From Entomortierella parvispora E1425 (lineage: Eukaryota; Fungi; Mortierellomycota): a DNA stretch of 64,000 nt. Position 1 is the first letter of the stretch, and every line of letters starts with the position of its first letter. Both the position numbers and the translations under genes were made by a program. Location of the stretch: positions 1,612,001 through 1,676,000 of the forward strand of contig BQFW01000015.1 of assembly GCA_020891255.1 (NCBI GenBank), given 5' to 3'. Under the pieces are notes generated by a model. It made no database searches. It was given only the letters and a program-made list of their open reading frames with translations, and was not told the DNA's origin. Positions 23,300 through 35,450 of this stretch are shown one piece after another.

Positions 23300-25182
23300 A
23301 TGTCTTCCAGGCCTTCAAGGCGCAAGCCTCGCAAAGCCGTCTCCATCAAGTATGCACAATTACATTTCGCATAGTAGCGGCAATGCTTTCTCCACTCGAA
23401 CTCGGATTCAGGCACTCAGTCAATGCTGGTTAATGCTGGTCTTTCATCCAATTCTCAGTCGACAATGAAACTGCATTCTGACGTCCTACTTTCTTTGTTT
23501 TATCTCCATAGCAATGCCCACTATGTTGGATACGTAGAAGAGAACGAGTCCATTGAGGCGATCATGAAAAAATTTGAAGAGCTGGCCAGGATGGAGGAAG
23601 AGTTTGCTAAATCCGCAGGCGCTGCATCATCTTCGGCCTCTGCGCCTTCACCAGGAACAACAGAAGGTGCCCCTTCTTCAACAGCAATGGAAGGTACCGC
23701 CTCTACAGATACGGAGTCAGGATCCGTCCTGTTGGATGGCGGCGGGGAACTGATCCTTGGCGTTGAGAAAGTAACGCAAGCCCCACAGGAAAGTCAAGGA
23801 TTTACAGATGAGCAATTACAAGAGATTTTCAGAAGAACCTCTGGATTTACTGTTCGATCAATGCTCAGAGATACGCCCGAGGATATCTATGAGGAAGATC
23901 AATGGCAGGCAAACATTGCAGATGAAGACTACCTCTACGATTTTGAAGAAGAAGAGTACGTTGAACTGCTGAATGATTCTGGCGCAGGGCTCGGAGCCAT
24001 TTTTTGTTCCTTTTACTAATGTTCTTTATCGTCCTCATTAATAGTGATTATCTCATGGCAATGGATGACCACTTCTGGGATGAGGAGGTTACAGGATCTC
24101 GTAAGCGTGGGCGCAAAGAGAAGGAGCCTCGGGTGCCTCGACCACCAAGAGAGCCAAAGATTAAGGGTGAACGTCGAAGACCTGGCATGAACTCTGATCG
24201 CGAAACAATTTTGCAGAGGTACAAGGTGATGCAAGTTCGGCTTCAGGACCGGAATGGTGTCTTCTTTACAGTGAAGAAGAAGGTCTCCACCATTGATCCA
24301 AGCTTGCCGACCTATGTCCGTATCCCACCTGTACCCATTCCGAGGTCATGGATCCATTCTATTCGTTCCATGGAAAAGCAAATCGAGCTTGTACCCGAGA
24401 TTCCTGGTTCACGGTAAGAGAGCTCTCGCCAATGCGCTGTACATATCCATTAATATCTTGCAATGGCCCGGACTCTAATCACAAATTTTTGTCGTAGATA
24501 TGAGGAGACGGATAATGTTTTGGATTTGGATCTCACAACTTATGGAACAGATTTCCAAGCCATCTATATGGATCCACCACTGTTGCGTGCTGGAGAGACA
24601 CCAGGACCCAACAAAATCACAATGGAGCAACTTTCTACTCTTAACATCGGAGCAATCTTACCTAAGGGTTTCCTCTTTGTCTGGATCGAGAAGGAGTTCT
24701 TGCCAGATATTGTGCAGTTGGCAGAAAAAACCTGGGAAATGCGTTATGTGGAGAACTTTTGTTGGATCAAACGCCTCCCCAACAACCAGATTGCGCGCGA
24801 ACCTTCACCTTACTTCAATTCTTCAAAACTGTCGCTTTTGATCTTCCGCAAGGTAACATATTGCCAGTGTTTCTCAAGAAATATACAAGCGTGAGTGAAT
24901 ATGTTTATTGACCCACACTTCCTTACTCATATTTTATAGGAAGGAGAGGTTGAGTTACGCCATCAAAGAAGTCCGGATTGTATATTTGACTTTGTCAAGC
25001 CCAGGGTGGACACGGAACTTTCAGAGGAGAAGCCCATGTTCATGTACGAGCTGATCGAGACGCTCTTGCCTCAGGCTGTGTATTCAGAAACAAATCCCAA
25101 CGGCAACCGAATGATAGAACTCTGGGCTCGACTTGGCACCAGACGCAAGGGTTGGACCTCAATTTGCCAATTGAAGAAGTAG
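23300..25182 (+). CDS. MTA9: MT-A70 family protein, MTA9/AMT6-7 type (non-catalytic partner in the DNA N6-adenine methyltransferase complex)
   Basis: Five exons. FQAIYMDPPL (degenerate DPPW), GFLFVWIEKE, RYVENFCWIK, LLIFRK|EGEVELRHQRSPD, YELIETLLPQA, RMIELWA..RRKGW. The ELRHQR and IETLLPxA motifs recall ciliate MTA9 rather than METTL3/14/4. Confidence 0.8.
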
Positions 25183-25453
25183 CCAGAAAAGAAAAGAAAA
25201 AGAAGCAGCAAAATAGAATAAAGCATGTCTTTTGAATGTGGAGAAAAGGGACAGCAACGAGAGGACGATTCACATGCCACCCGGTCAAGGGCCGCCGAGC
25301 GCCTTCCTGTTTTGGAAGCACCGTGACAAAGATCGGTTGAACTTTCTTTTGTGCTCCACACTGCTTCCCTCTTTCTCCACTTTCTTGACCGCTTGCTCTT
25401 CTTTTTTCGTTCTCATCCCTTAATCCTCTCCCCTCTCTCATCTCTTTCGAATT

Positions 25454-26443
25454 ATGGCTGTCGCGCGTGCCAGGAAACAAAAGACCTCGCCATGGGCATT
25501 CATTCGCGCCCCTGCGCCATCAAAGAAGAATGTGCATGCAATTCCTATTCTTGGGTACATCTTCATTGCCCTTGTTGTTATTCAGTGGCTCCACGCCACT
25601 TCCCTTGCTGTCAAGATCCAGTGTATCATTGGAGCTGGCCTCTTCAGCTGCACTGGTAAAGAAGATGATACTCGTCCAAAGTCTCTGGTTGCCTCTTAGT
25701 TCCCTCGGTCTGTCTTGCTAACTGCCGTTTCTATTTCTTTTTTTCTCTTCCAGAGTACACATTCTATACCATGACTGTAGAGTCCCCTGATGGCACAGTC
25801 ACTGTAAAGCCTTTTGCTGGACGCCCAGGACATACAGTAAGGATGAGAGAACGTGAACCGCTTTCATGCGCAAAGGATGACTGTTCAATTGAACATTTCA
25901 CTGAGTAACAACTCTTTGTTTGTTAGACCATTCATCAGTACATTATGAATGTTTTCTATATCCCGATTCTCATCCATGGATTCCACGCTCTGATCGGATC
26001 GACTATCCTTCGTATCTTGTTCTTCCCCCTCAACATTTGGATTTTGGAGATCATTCAGGGGTAGGAATACCCTTCATATACCGATCGTGCCATTGTTCAC
26101 CAGACTTTCTGGTAAAATCAAAGTAATCTAACGGTATATCTCCTGCTAAACAGATACACACTGATCTACCTCATCGGATACAATGCTGCTTGGACTTACA
26201 AAGGTATTTTTGCAAGTGAGAGAAGAAGGGGTCAACCAACTGTCAGATCTCTTCATTTGTTCTATGGTCTGACCTCTATGGGCTTTCTGCGATGGATGCT
26301 TAGGATATGACGCTTTTTTCCACGGCACAATCAAGTTGGGATATGTGCATCACTGGTTGATGATGGGTGCTGCTCTCGAGCTCTTGGTCTTGCCCTACGC
26401 CTTGCCACTGACGGAAACTATGGCGGGTTTCCTTTCTTTCTGA
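25454..26443 (+). CDS. Small multi-pass membrane protein, possibly TMEM229/CmpB-like
   Basis: Five exons join to about 170 aa with several hydrophobic segments and LRILFFPLNIWILEIIQGYTLIYLIGYNAAWTYKGYDAFFHGTIKLGYVHHW. The family label is tentative. Confidence 0.6.
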
Positions 26444-26785
26444 TCATACCCCTGTTTAAAATTAAATAACGTTGAATAAAAAAATTAGTCTGGAAAATCA
26501 ACGGGTGACGTGGAAAGCTCTGGTGTCAACTTCCAAGGACTTTCATCTGCATTCAAACCGTTCCTTTGCTGCATCATCCCTTCATCCACCGCCGTCTCTC
26601 CTTCTTTTCTTTATCCCCCATTCATCCTTTGCCACCGGATAGCTGTTGCCCCGCATCTCTTTCCGACCTCTGCCTGTCTCTTCCCCTCTTCCAAATCCAC
26701 CGTCTTTGATTCCCTCGGTGTCATCTGGACGAAACCCTTCATCCTCACGCGTCTCGACCCTTTCGCCTCTGCACCGCTTTTCAAC

Positions 26786-29700
26786 ATGGTACGCCTCTCA
26801 TCTCTCCATCGTCAACTGCACCAGTGCATTATCCCGGCGGGCGTTCGGTAATGAATGCACGATCCATTCATCTCACTCGTCTCAACTTTTGTTCTTTGCA
26901 TCTTAGGGCATGAAATTAGAGATCAAGGTACAATTCAGGCTCTCGCAGCTGGAGATGCGTCTAGAGACAAACCGCGGATGGATGATGACCTTCCCTTCCA
27001 CCTCGGGACCCCATCGTCACTGCTGTGCCCATACAATTACGCTTGAAGCATCTCGAAACACCACGACCTACACGCTGCGTTCACCCTGTTTTTAGGATGA
27101 CTTTGTTAACTCTTCCTCCATTGGGGATCATTAGAAAAAAATGTTGGCTCGCTCTGAGCGTGTCAAGTCCATGGACTTTCACCCTACGGAACCTTGGATC
27201 TTGGCCAGTTTGTATGACGGCCATGCATACATCTGGAATTTTGAGACACAGGTAAGGAGTGATGCTATGGCATGCATGGGCTGCTGGTAGTGAACATGGT
27301 TGACAAGAAAAGAGATGGGCGTCCAACCGTTATTAATATCTCTCTGATTCCACTAACGTGGCATATTTCCCTCGAATCACTAGGCTCTCGTCAAGACCTT
27401 TGAAGTGTCTGATCAGCCCGGTAAGGGATACCTCAGTGCACGAGCTTTGATCTTAAGGAAAATAATACCGACTGTCAACTTACCCACTGTCCTCTCCTTT
27501 TCATCCTATAGTCCGTGCCGCAAAGTTTATTGCTCGCAAAAACTACGTGATTACAGGATCAGACGACATGCAGCTTCGTGTCTTCAACTATAACACACAT
27601 GAGAAGGTCCACAGCTGGGACGCTCATAGCGATTACATCCGCTGCATTGCTGTCCATCCTACTCTTCCCTACGTTCTCTCTGGTTCAGATGATATGACGA
27701 TCCGTCTTTGGGACTGGGACAAGAACTGGAAGTGCATGCAGGTACCGTCAACAGGAAACAGCGTGGACAAATAGACAGTCATGGCACTCTGGACCTGTTA
27801 GCTAATCGGCATTTCCTTTGGAATGTATAGACTTTCGAGGGCCACACTCATTTCATCATGACTGTCACCATTAACCCCAAGGATACCAACACTTTTGCCT
27901 CTGCCTGTGTGGATCGCACCGTGAAGGTGTGGTCCTTGGGATCAAGCGTCGCTAACTTTACGCTGGAGGGACACGAGAAGGGCGTGAACTGGGTTGACTA
28001 CTACTATGGTGGCGAGAAGCCATACTTGGTCACTGCTGGAGACGATCAGTTGGTCAAGATCTGGGATTACCAGAACAAGACCTGCGTCCAGACTTTGGAG
28101 GGACACACTCAGAACGCCACTTTTGCCTGCTTCCACCCCGAATTGCCCATCATCATTTCAGGAAGTGAGGATGGAAGTGTCAAGATCTGGCATGCCAACA
28201 CTTACCGACTGGAGAACACTCTCAACTACGGCTTGAACCGTGCTTGGGCTGTTGCTTACCGTCGCTCCACCAATGATGTCGCTCTCGGTTACGACTTGGG
28301 TTCCGTTGTCATCAAGGTAAAGAAGAAAGGCGGCCTAAAGATGCTACGCTGCTATCATTTATTGGAAAAGTTTTAACTTGACTGCAAAAATGTATTGATT
28401 GTCATTAGTTGGGTCGCGAGGAGCCAACCGTGAGCATGGACAATGGAGGAAAGATCATTTGGGCTAAGCACAACGATATCCAGACCGCCAACATCAAGGC
28501 CAGCATGGGCGACGAGACAAAGGATGGCGAACGCATTGCAGCCCCTGCAAAGGATCTTGGAAACTGCGAAGTATACCCTCAGACATTGCAGCACAGCCCC
28601 AACGGTCGATTTGTTGTTGTCTGCGGTGATGGAGAGTACATCATCTATACCGCCCTGGCCTGGAGAAACAAGAGCTTTGGCAGCGGTTTGGAGTTTGTTT
28701 GGGCTTTGGACTCGAACGAGTACGCTGTCCGTGAATCCACCTCGAAGGTGAAGGTTTTCAAGAACTTCAAGGAGAAGCCCAACCTGATCCGTCTCAACTA
28801 CTCTGCCGAGGGCATATTTGGAGGCACCTTGCTGGGAGTGAAGAGCGCTAGCTTCCTTAACCTTTACGACTGGGAGAGCGGCTTGACTGTCCGTCGCATT
28901 GACTGCAACCCCAAGAATGTGTACTGGTCGGAGACAGGTGATTTGATGACGATCGCTTGCGAGGAGAGCTTCTACGTTCTTCGCTACAACCGCCTTGCCT
29001 ACTCTCAGTTTGTGGAGGCTGGCGGTCAGGTTGGGGAGGAGGGCGTCGAAGAGGCTCTTGAGTTTGTTGCCGAGATTCCAGAAAAGTAAGTACTTGCTAT
29101 AGCTAATATTGCTTCCTGGTTTGACACTTGAAGGCGACATGTATGAGGTATTTCTTCAGCGCTCAGTACTAACTTGATTGCTTCCTAATAGTGTTCAAAC
29201 AGGATGCTGGGTTGGAGACTGCTTCATCTACACCAACACGTCGAACCGCCTGAACTACCTTGTAGGAGAGCAGACGCAAACCATTGCCCATTTCGACAAC
29301 GCCATGTACCTCCTTGGTTACATTCCCCGCGACAACCGCTTGTACTTGGTTGATAAGGATGTCAACATTGTCAGTTACGGTATCTCGCTGACCGTCATCG
29401 AGTACCAGACCGCTGTTCTCCGTGGGGATATGGAGACAGCCGAGACGTTGCTGCCCCGTATTCCTCACGATCAATTGAACAAGATTGCTCGATTCTTGGA
29501 GGCCCAGGACTTTAAGGAGTTAGCCTTGGAAGTGTCCACCGACCAGGAGCACAAGTTTGACTTGGCCATTCAATTGGAGCGTCTGGACGAGGCTGTTGCA
29601 ATTGCCCGCGAGTCGGATTCGGAATCAAAGTGGAAGATGCTTGGTGACACTGCTATGACAAAGTGGCGCGTCAATTTGGCGGAGGAGTGCTTTATCCATG

Positions 29701-30598
29701 CCAAGGATTTGAGCGGACTTTTGCTTATTTATACCTCCAGCGGAAACGCCGAGGGCATGAGGCGATTGGCAGAGATGTCAAAGGCCGCTGGCAAGAGCAA
29801 TATCACTTTTGCTTGCATGCTCGCCCTTGGACAGGTCGAGGAGTGTATCGAGATCTTGATTGAGACAGAACGTATCCCAGAAGCGGCCATGATGGCCAGA
29901 ACTTACTTGCCAAGGTAAAGTGACTTTTTGTGCGCGTTTTGCATGCCTTCATGCTGATCTGAGTCCTCTAGAATATGGGTGTCTTTTTTCATTTTGCAGT
30001 GATTTACGATGACTAAACTCGCATTCTTTCCTCTTTTGACACTTTTAGCGCCGTCCCTCGCGTTGTTCAGCTTTGGCGCGAGTCTCTCATTGCGGCAAAC
30101 AAGAGCAGGACTGCACAGGCTTTGGCTGATCCCCTGGAGTATGAAGACATGTTCCCTGATCTGCAGTATGGGCTCCAGGCTGAGGAGGTTGTCAAAGCTG
30201 CAAGGGCTGCACCTGTACCAGCGACCGCCTACTTTCAGTGGAAGGAACACGCTGATCGCGATGTTGTTTCGGACATCAAATCTGGTCATGGCCTTCCTTC
30301 TTTGAACGATTACCAGGAGCAGATCGATCAGGCCAATGGCGATAGCCACGCTCAGTACTTGGAGGAGCAGTCTGTGAGCGACGATATGAGCCATTTGTCC
30401 CTGGATGTGAACACGACTGGAACTGATTCAGGCATGGTAGGGCTAATTGTTCCTGCTGCGATCTCGTCTACTTTGGACACTGGTGATAGAGTCATCCTAA
30501 CATTGAAAATTCTTTAATCTGCGAAATAGGATGAATACGAGGATTCTGAAGACCATGTGGCTGTTAACGATGATGAAGCCTTTGCAGACCTCTTATAG
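26786..30598 (+). CDS. SEC27: Coatomer beta' subunit (COPB2/Sec27)
   Basis: MKLEIK|[21 protein letters not shown]; WD40 repeats ([26 protein letters not shown]); LGREEP; [12 protein letters not shown]; [14 protein letters not shown]. The first exon may be the ATG alone (26786-26788). Confidence 0.97.
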
Positions 30599-30745
30599 AC
30601 TGTTAAGACGAGTGCTAGAGGGTAGAAGAGGGAGGGCTGTTTGTAAAATCGAGAGGGGCGTCAGGACGCCTCTGAATAAACCACAAGAAAATTATTTCCC
30701 TCATTCCCTCATTCCTCTCCATTTCACTATTTTTTAATCAATCCC

Positions 30746-33250
30746 ATGGACAGCACGGACCGGATTGACGAGGCAACCCGGACATCAATAGGTGGAGATG
30801 GCCATTCATTGTCTCTTGTCCTCGAGAACATCAAGGCTTTTCCTCTTTTGCCTCAGCAAGAGCGTCGCGTAGTGTAAAAAAGAGAGACTTTCGCTTGCAT
30901 GGATGCTGCGGGCAGGAACAGCCCACGAAAAAGACAAAAAAATCATGGAGCTCACAGCGAAACGCAAACTCTGACTCATTCTAGACTGCGGGAACTGGTC
31001 GCGATATGTGATCATTCAGACCTCCAGGTGCTCCAACGACTCTTGGGTCAGACGACCCATTCAGGATACGACCCCGTGTCGATCTTACCGGCCGAGATCT
31101 CGCATGCCATTTTTTTGCAGCTGGAAGGGATGGACCTGGTCCGGTGTCGAGCCGTCTGTCGGCCTTGGCGGGAGATGATCCAGGGTGATGGTGCGTTGTG
31201 GCGGGCCAAGGTCCTAGCCTGGGACCCGGCCGAGTGTTCGCTGTTGAGGGATGAGTGCAGTCATCTTCTCGTTCTTCCTCAGGAGGAGTCTGATTCGCAA
31301 ACCGGAGAGGATGACGAGGGCACGGACGTGGACACAGACACGGACACGGACAAGAATGGCGAGAGAAAGAATCACACGATCAAGGATGCCTCCACGGCAG
31401 TAGAGAATACTCTGAACAAGATTGCCAAGACACCCGGGTTTAGAGGGTGGGAGGCAACCTTAGTTCGGGAATTGGCTCTTCGACAAAATTGGTACCAAGG
31501 ACGGTATGCACATGAGATGACGTTGACCTTGGACCGGAATATCAAGCCCGTGTTGTTGAATTGGCCCATTCTGATCGTCGTTGATGATGCCTCCAGGGTG
31601 TTTTTCATCGATTTGTTCAAGGTGAGGCAAGATCGACATGAGGTCATCCCGGTCTGGGATACGAAATACACCAATATCCTTCAGCCGCAGTCCTATGGAG
31701 CCGTCAGATGTGTCGCCTGGGACTCTACAGGGTATCCAAAGATCGAAAGTCATGACAGGAATGGCGGTCCGTCTGATGATGTGGATGACGACCTGGATGA
31801 AGAGACACCGTACAATTTGGCTTTGGGAGGATATCTCAGGTAAGAGTCTCCCTATCTGTTATTTCCTTCAAGAATGCAGTTTGGACGAAAACTAAAGAGG
31901 CTGACACATTTGCATCATCGACCTGTATCCGAACTGTTGCAGGAGCATTCAAATGTGCGATCCAGTCACTGGCAAAAGTGTCGTGCTACCCGAGGTCCTG
32001 CATGGCGTCCCGCTTCACATCGTTTTCATGCAAGATCAAGTCTTGTCGGTGACACTGGACGGTCTCATCACATATTTCCGGAAGGGAATGGATTATCGGC
32101 CGGTACGATCCTCCACAGTGGATACAAAGGTAAAAATAGACAAAGAACGTTATCTCAACGATTTCGATCTCGATTTCGATTTCAATGTCGATTCTGTTTT
32201 TCTTTTTGTTTTTTTATCCTTGGATTTGTTGTCAAAGAGAACATATTGGCCAAAAAATGTACTGAAAAACGAAATGGATATGTACCGTTTTTGGTATTCT
32301 AGGTTATTCAAGTCGCCGTCGTCTCTTTTGGATCTGGTGTTTATGAACGTAACGTGGGAGGAACGAGCGCAACCGTGTTTTGGAAGGAGGCTGCTTGCTT
32401 TGCACATGAAGGAGGTGTGATTATCAAGGATGAGCATGCCCGGTCCCTTTGCCGTGTTCACTTGGAGCTCGGAGCTCGACTACTTCAGATCCAGGCGATT
32501 GTCGATGGGACACCACCTTATAGGAATGAACTATTGATCCTGTATGAGGAGCCTCTGACGCGACAGCGCGTTGTATTGACAGTCGAGATGGAGCCGGGAT
32601 TCCGAAAAGAGAAGGCTAGAATCCCTTGCCCTCATACGGTCTCGGCTGCGACCCTAGGTCGAGGTGGCGACGCTAGGGACTCCATAGCCATGTACCGAGA
32701 TCGAATCGCGATTGTGAGTCATCGAAACTGCTCTTCGGACCTAGGCCACTATTGTACTTTGCGACTGATCGATACAAGGGAGAACAAGGTCTTGAGCACC
32801 GAGTTTGTCACTAAAAAATCTTCCTCGACAACGTCGTCTTTGTCGTCTCGGCCGGGTCGAGATTCAGAGGAGAGCGATGTTGGTGGTGATGATGAGGAAG
32901 AAGAGGAGGACGAGGAGGAGGAAGAGGAAAAATTGGTTGAGGAGGATATACACGACTCTTTTGCTGTTGACGAAGGGCATGAAGGACGATTGTGCGAGAT
33001 TGATGAAAGCAACGGAGGTCGAGGAGGGAAGGAGACCAAGAGACGGTCTCCTTCTGCACACCCTCCTTCGCCCCATCACCATTCTCGACGAAGAAAGAAT
33101 CCAGCTTGGATCCAAAGGCGGGGGAAAACAATCAGTCTGAGCGACCTTGCCGACAACAACAAGGCTGCCTGCAGGATTCTGGCGATGGATCATGCACGGA
33201 TCGTGTTGGGCATGGGTCCGCGAATCGTCAAGATCCTGTGTCTGGTCTAA
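30746..33250 (+). CDS. F-box protein with a divergent beta-rich C-terminal region and acidic inserts
   Basis: F-box DPVSILPAEISHAIFLQLEGMDLVRCRAVCRPWREMI. An upstream exon 30746-30873 splices to 30985; an alternative ATG lies at 30899. Further introns 31840-approx. 31942 and approx. 32130-32300. Confidence 0.85.
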
Positions 33251-34225
33251 TAATGAACCAAAATAAATCCAAAATGTGTTTGCCTAGGCTGCTTCCTCCC
33301 GATTGCTACGGCGGATAAAAGGAAAATAAACGGCTATGCAATTACCTGAAGAGTAAAAGGGAGTCCAAGTCGACAGTCGATGAGACCTGAGGAGTAGACG
33401 GGGCACGGTAAAACCCCTAGTAAGGCGTCCTTGTGGCCATCGAAGAGCGTTATCAACGCCAACAAACTAACAGTGTCAGAGAGAGCGAGAAACAAAGAGG
33501 AGAAAGAGAGAGAATGAGACAACACCAGGCGCGCACTGCCGCAAGAGCAAGGGAAAAGGCAACAAACAATTAGGGCGGCTCTCCTATCCTGTGGATCAGC
33601 ACCCCTCCTTTGACCTCCCGCCAGACGGCAGAAGACAAGACGAGCGATTGACCGAGCGCGCAAAAAGGGACGAGTGAAGGGCCACTCGACTGGCACTCCA
33701 TCGGCAGCACTTCAACCACAGCACGTTATGTAGCGCAGAAACCAGAAACGCAGAAACCAGAAACGCGGAAGCAAAGGGGACCACCCCCAACTCCTTTCCC
33801 GCCCGAATGGCGATATCCAACAGCAACATGCAAAGTAAAAAAAAAAAAAAAAAAGAGACGCGACTGGGGTTGAATGGGTGAATCGACGCGACCCTTTTCT
33901 TTTTGGACAGAGCCGACCGACAGGGCGGATGAAAGGAAAGAAAGAGACCTGACGTGACTGAAAGAGTGAATGCATTGGCACATGGCATTGCCCTTTCTCT
34001 CTCTCTCTTTCTCTTTCTCCTCTTTCTTTTTCTTTTCTCTTCATTGACTCATTCATTTATTCTTTTCCATTCTCTTTCATTCTCATTATATCTCCGTTCA
34101 TTCTCACCCTCCTCTCCTCTCTCTCACTTTAACCAAACCGACGGCCGGCCCTCAGTCTTGTTCCCCAACACCCACCCCGCACCTTCACTCTCCTCCCTCC
34201 TCCCTCCTTTCCGAAACACGAACCC

Positions 34226-35416
34226 ATGCGACAGGGCTCGATGCACTGCGAACATGCAACGATCCTCGCTGCGCGGTCGAATCCCCTGGCAAAGATCGAC
34301 TCGTCCAGCTTCAAGGCATGTCCCCCTTCCGTTCTTTCCATTCATTCACACACCACACCACACTGCACTACACTGCGCTGCACTACTACAGCCACACCGA
34401 CACCACCTACCCACACACTCGGGACCGACTAGGACGATAGATAAACAGACTGACAGACTGACAGCCTGACAGAGAGGCAGACTGACAGACTGACAGAGAG
34501 GCAAGAGACAGGAGAGAGGAGGGATGCAGCACATTCATCCACCCCACCCTTTATTTCCTTCCCTGTTATCATATCCAGTCAATGGCAGGACATGAAACAG
34601 GAAAGCAGGAACCTGGCTGTGTGTTGACCGACTTGCTCTCTTCATCCCACCCATGCACCCGAGCTATTGTCGGTCCTCCCTTTTCTTCCTTTCCTTTTCT
34701 TTTTTATCTCTTTCTCTTTTTGTCTCTGTCTGTGTCGAAGCCTGCTATGCCTTGTCCTCGTCATCCATGGCCCTTTTTCTTCTCCTCTTCCTCTTCCCGC
34801 TATTCCATTTGTATTTTTTATTTTATTTCATGGGGCAGTCTGTTGCCAACCTGCTTGCCAGCCGGGAGAGGAGAGGAGAGAGCAAGAAACGGCAGACAGA
34901 TAAAAAAAAAAGGGTCCAGTATCCTTTTTTTGCGCTCTGCTACCTTCATGGCCTCAATGCGTCTTCGCTGCCAGGCTCCTCCTGTTGCTCTTGTCGGAGT
35001 TATGTTTCCCCACACTGGCTTGGGCTATATCTCTTTCTGTCTATTCTGTTGAAAAGGAGGCGCGTCTCCGAAAACGCCCAGGGAACCAAAAAAAAGAAGG
35101 AAAAAAAAAAGACGGATGCCGTGGCTGTGTCTGTCCCCCTCCCTTTAGATTGATTGAAAGATCACTTGTTCTTTGCATTGCTTCTTTGATCGCTTGTGGA
35201 TGTCCTGTCGGTGGATCAGAGATCTCGCTTCTTTTCAAAGCCGACTAGAACTAACGCGAAAACGCCTTGTCATTCTATAGAAGAACCTGGCTTCTGCAAA
35301 CCTCAAGTGCGATGGATGTGAGGTCAGAGTCCCAAAGCTTTGGATCTGTCTAGAGGTAAATGGCGACCCTTCCACTTCACTCAGCAATGGATAGATGATA
35401 TCATCAAGGACTGGTC

Positions 35417-35450
<34 letters not shown>

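Noticed and set aside
10579-25182. Functional clustering of VPS71 (H2A.Z deposition), NF-YC and MTA9 (6mA associates with H2A.Z nucleosomes in ciliates)
   Set aside because: The genes are separated by unrelated loci over 13 kb; nothing in the sequence distinguishes this from chance.
26928-27132. Possible snoRNA in SEC27 intron 2 (ATGATGA at 26982, GAGATGC/GCATCTC stem)
   Set aside because: No downstream CTGA D box, no rRNA-complementary guide, and the H/ACA spacing does not fit.
34919-34927. GTATCCTTT, a perfect U12-type 5' splice-site consensus
   Set aside because: It lies mid-intron in a T-rich tract with no upstream exon; the downstream branch point is U2-type (ACTAAC), not TCCTTAAC.
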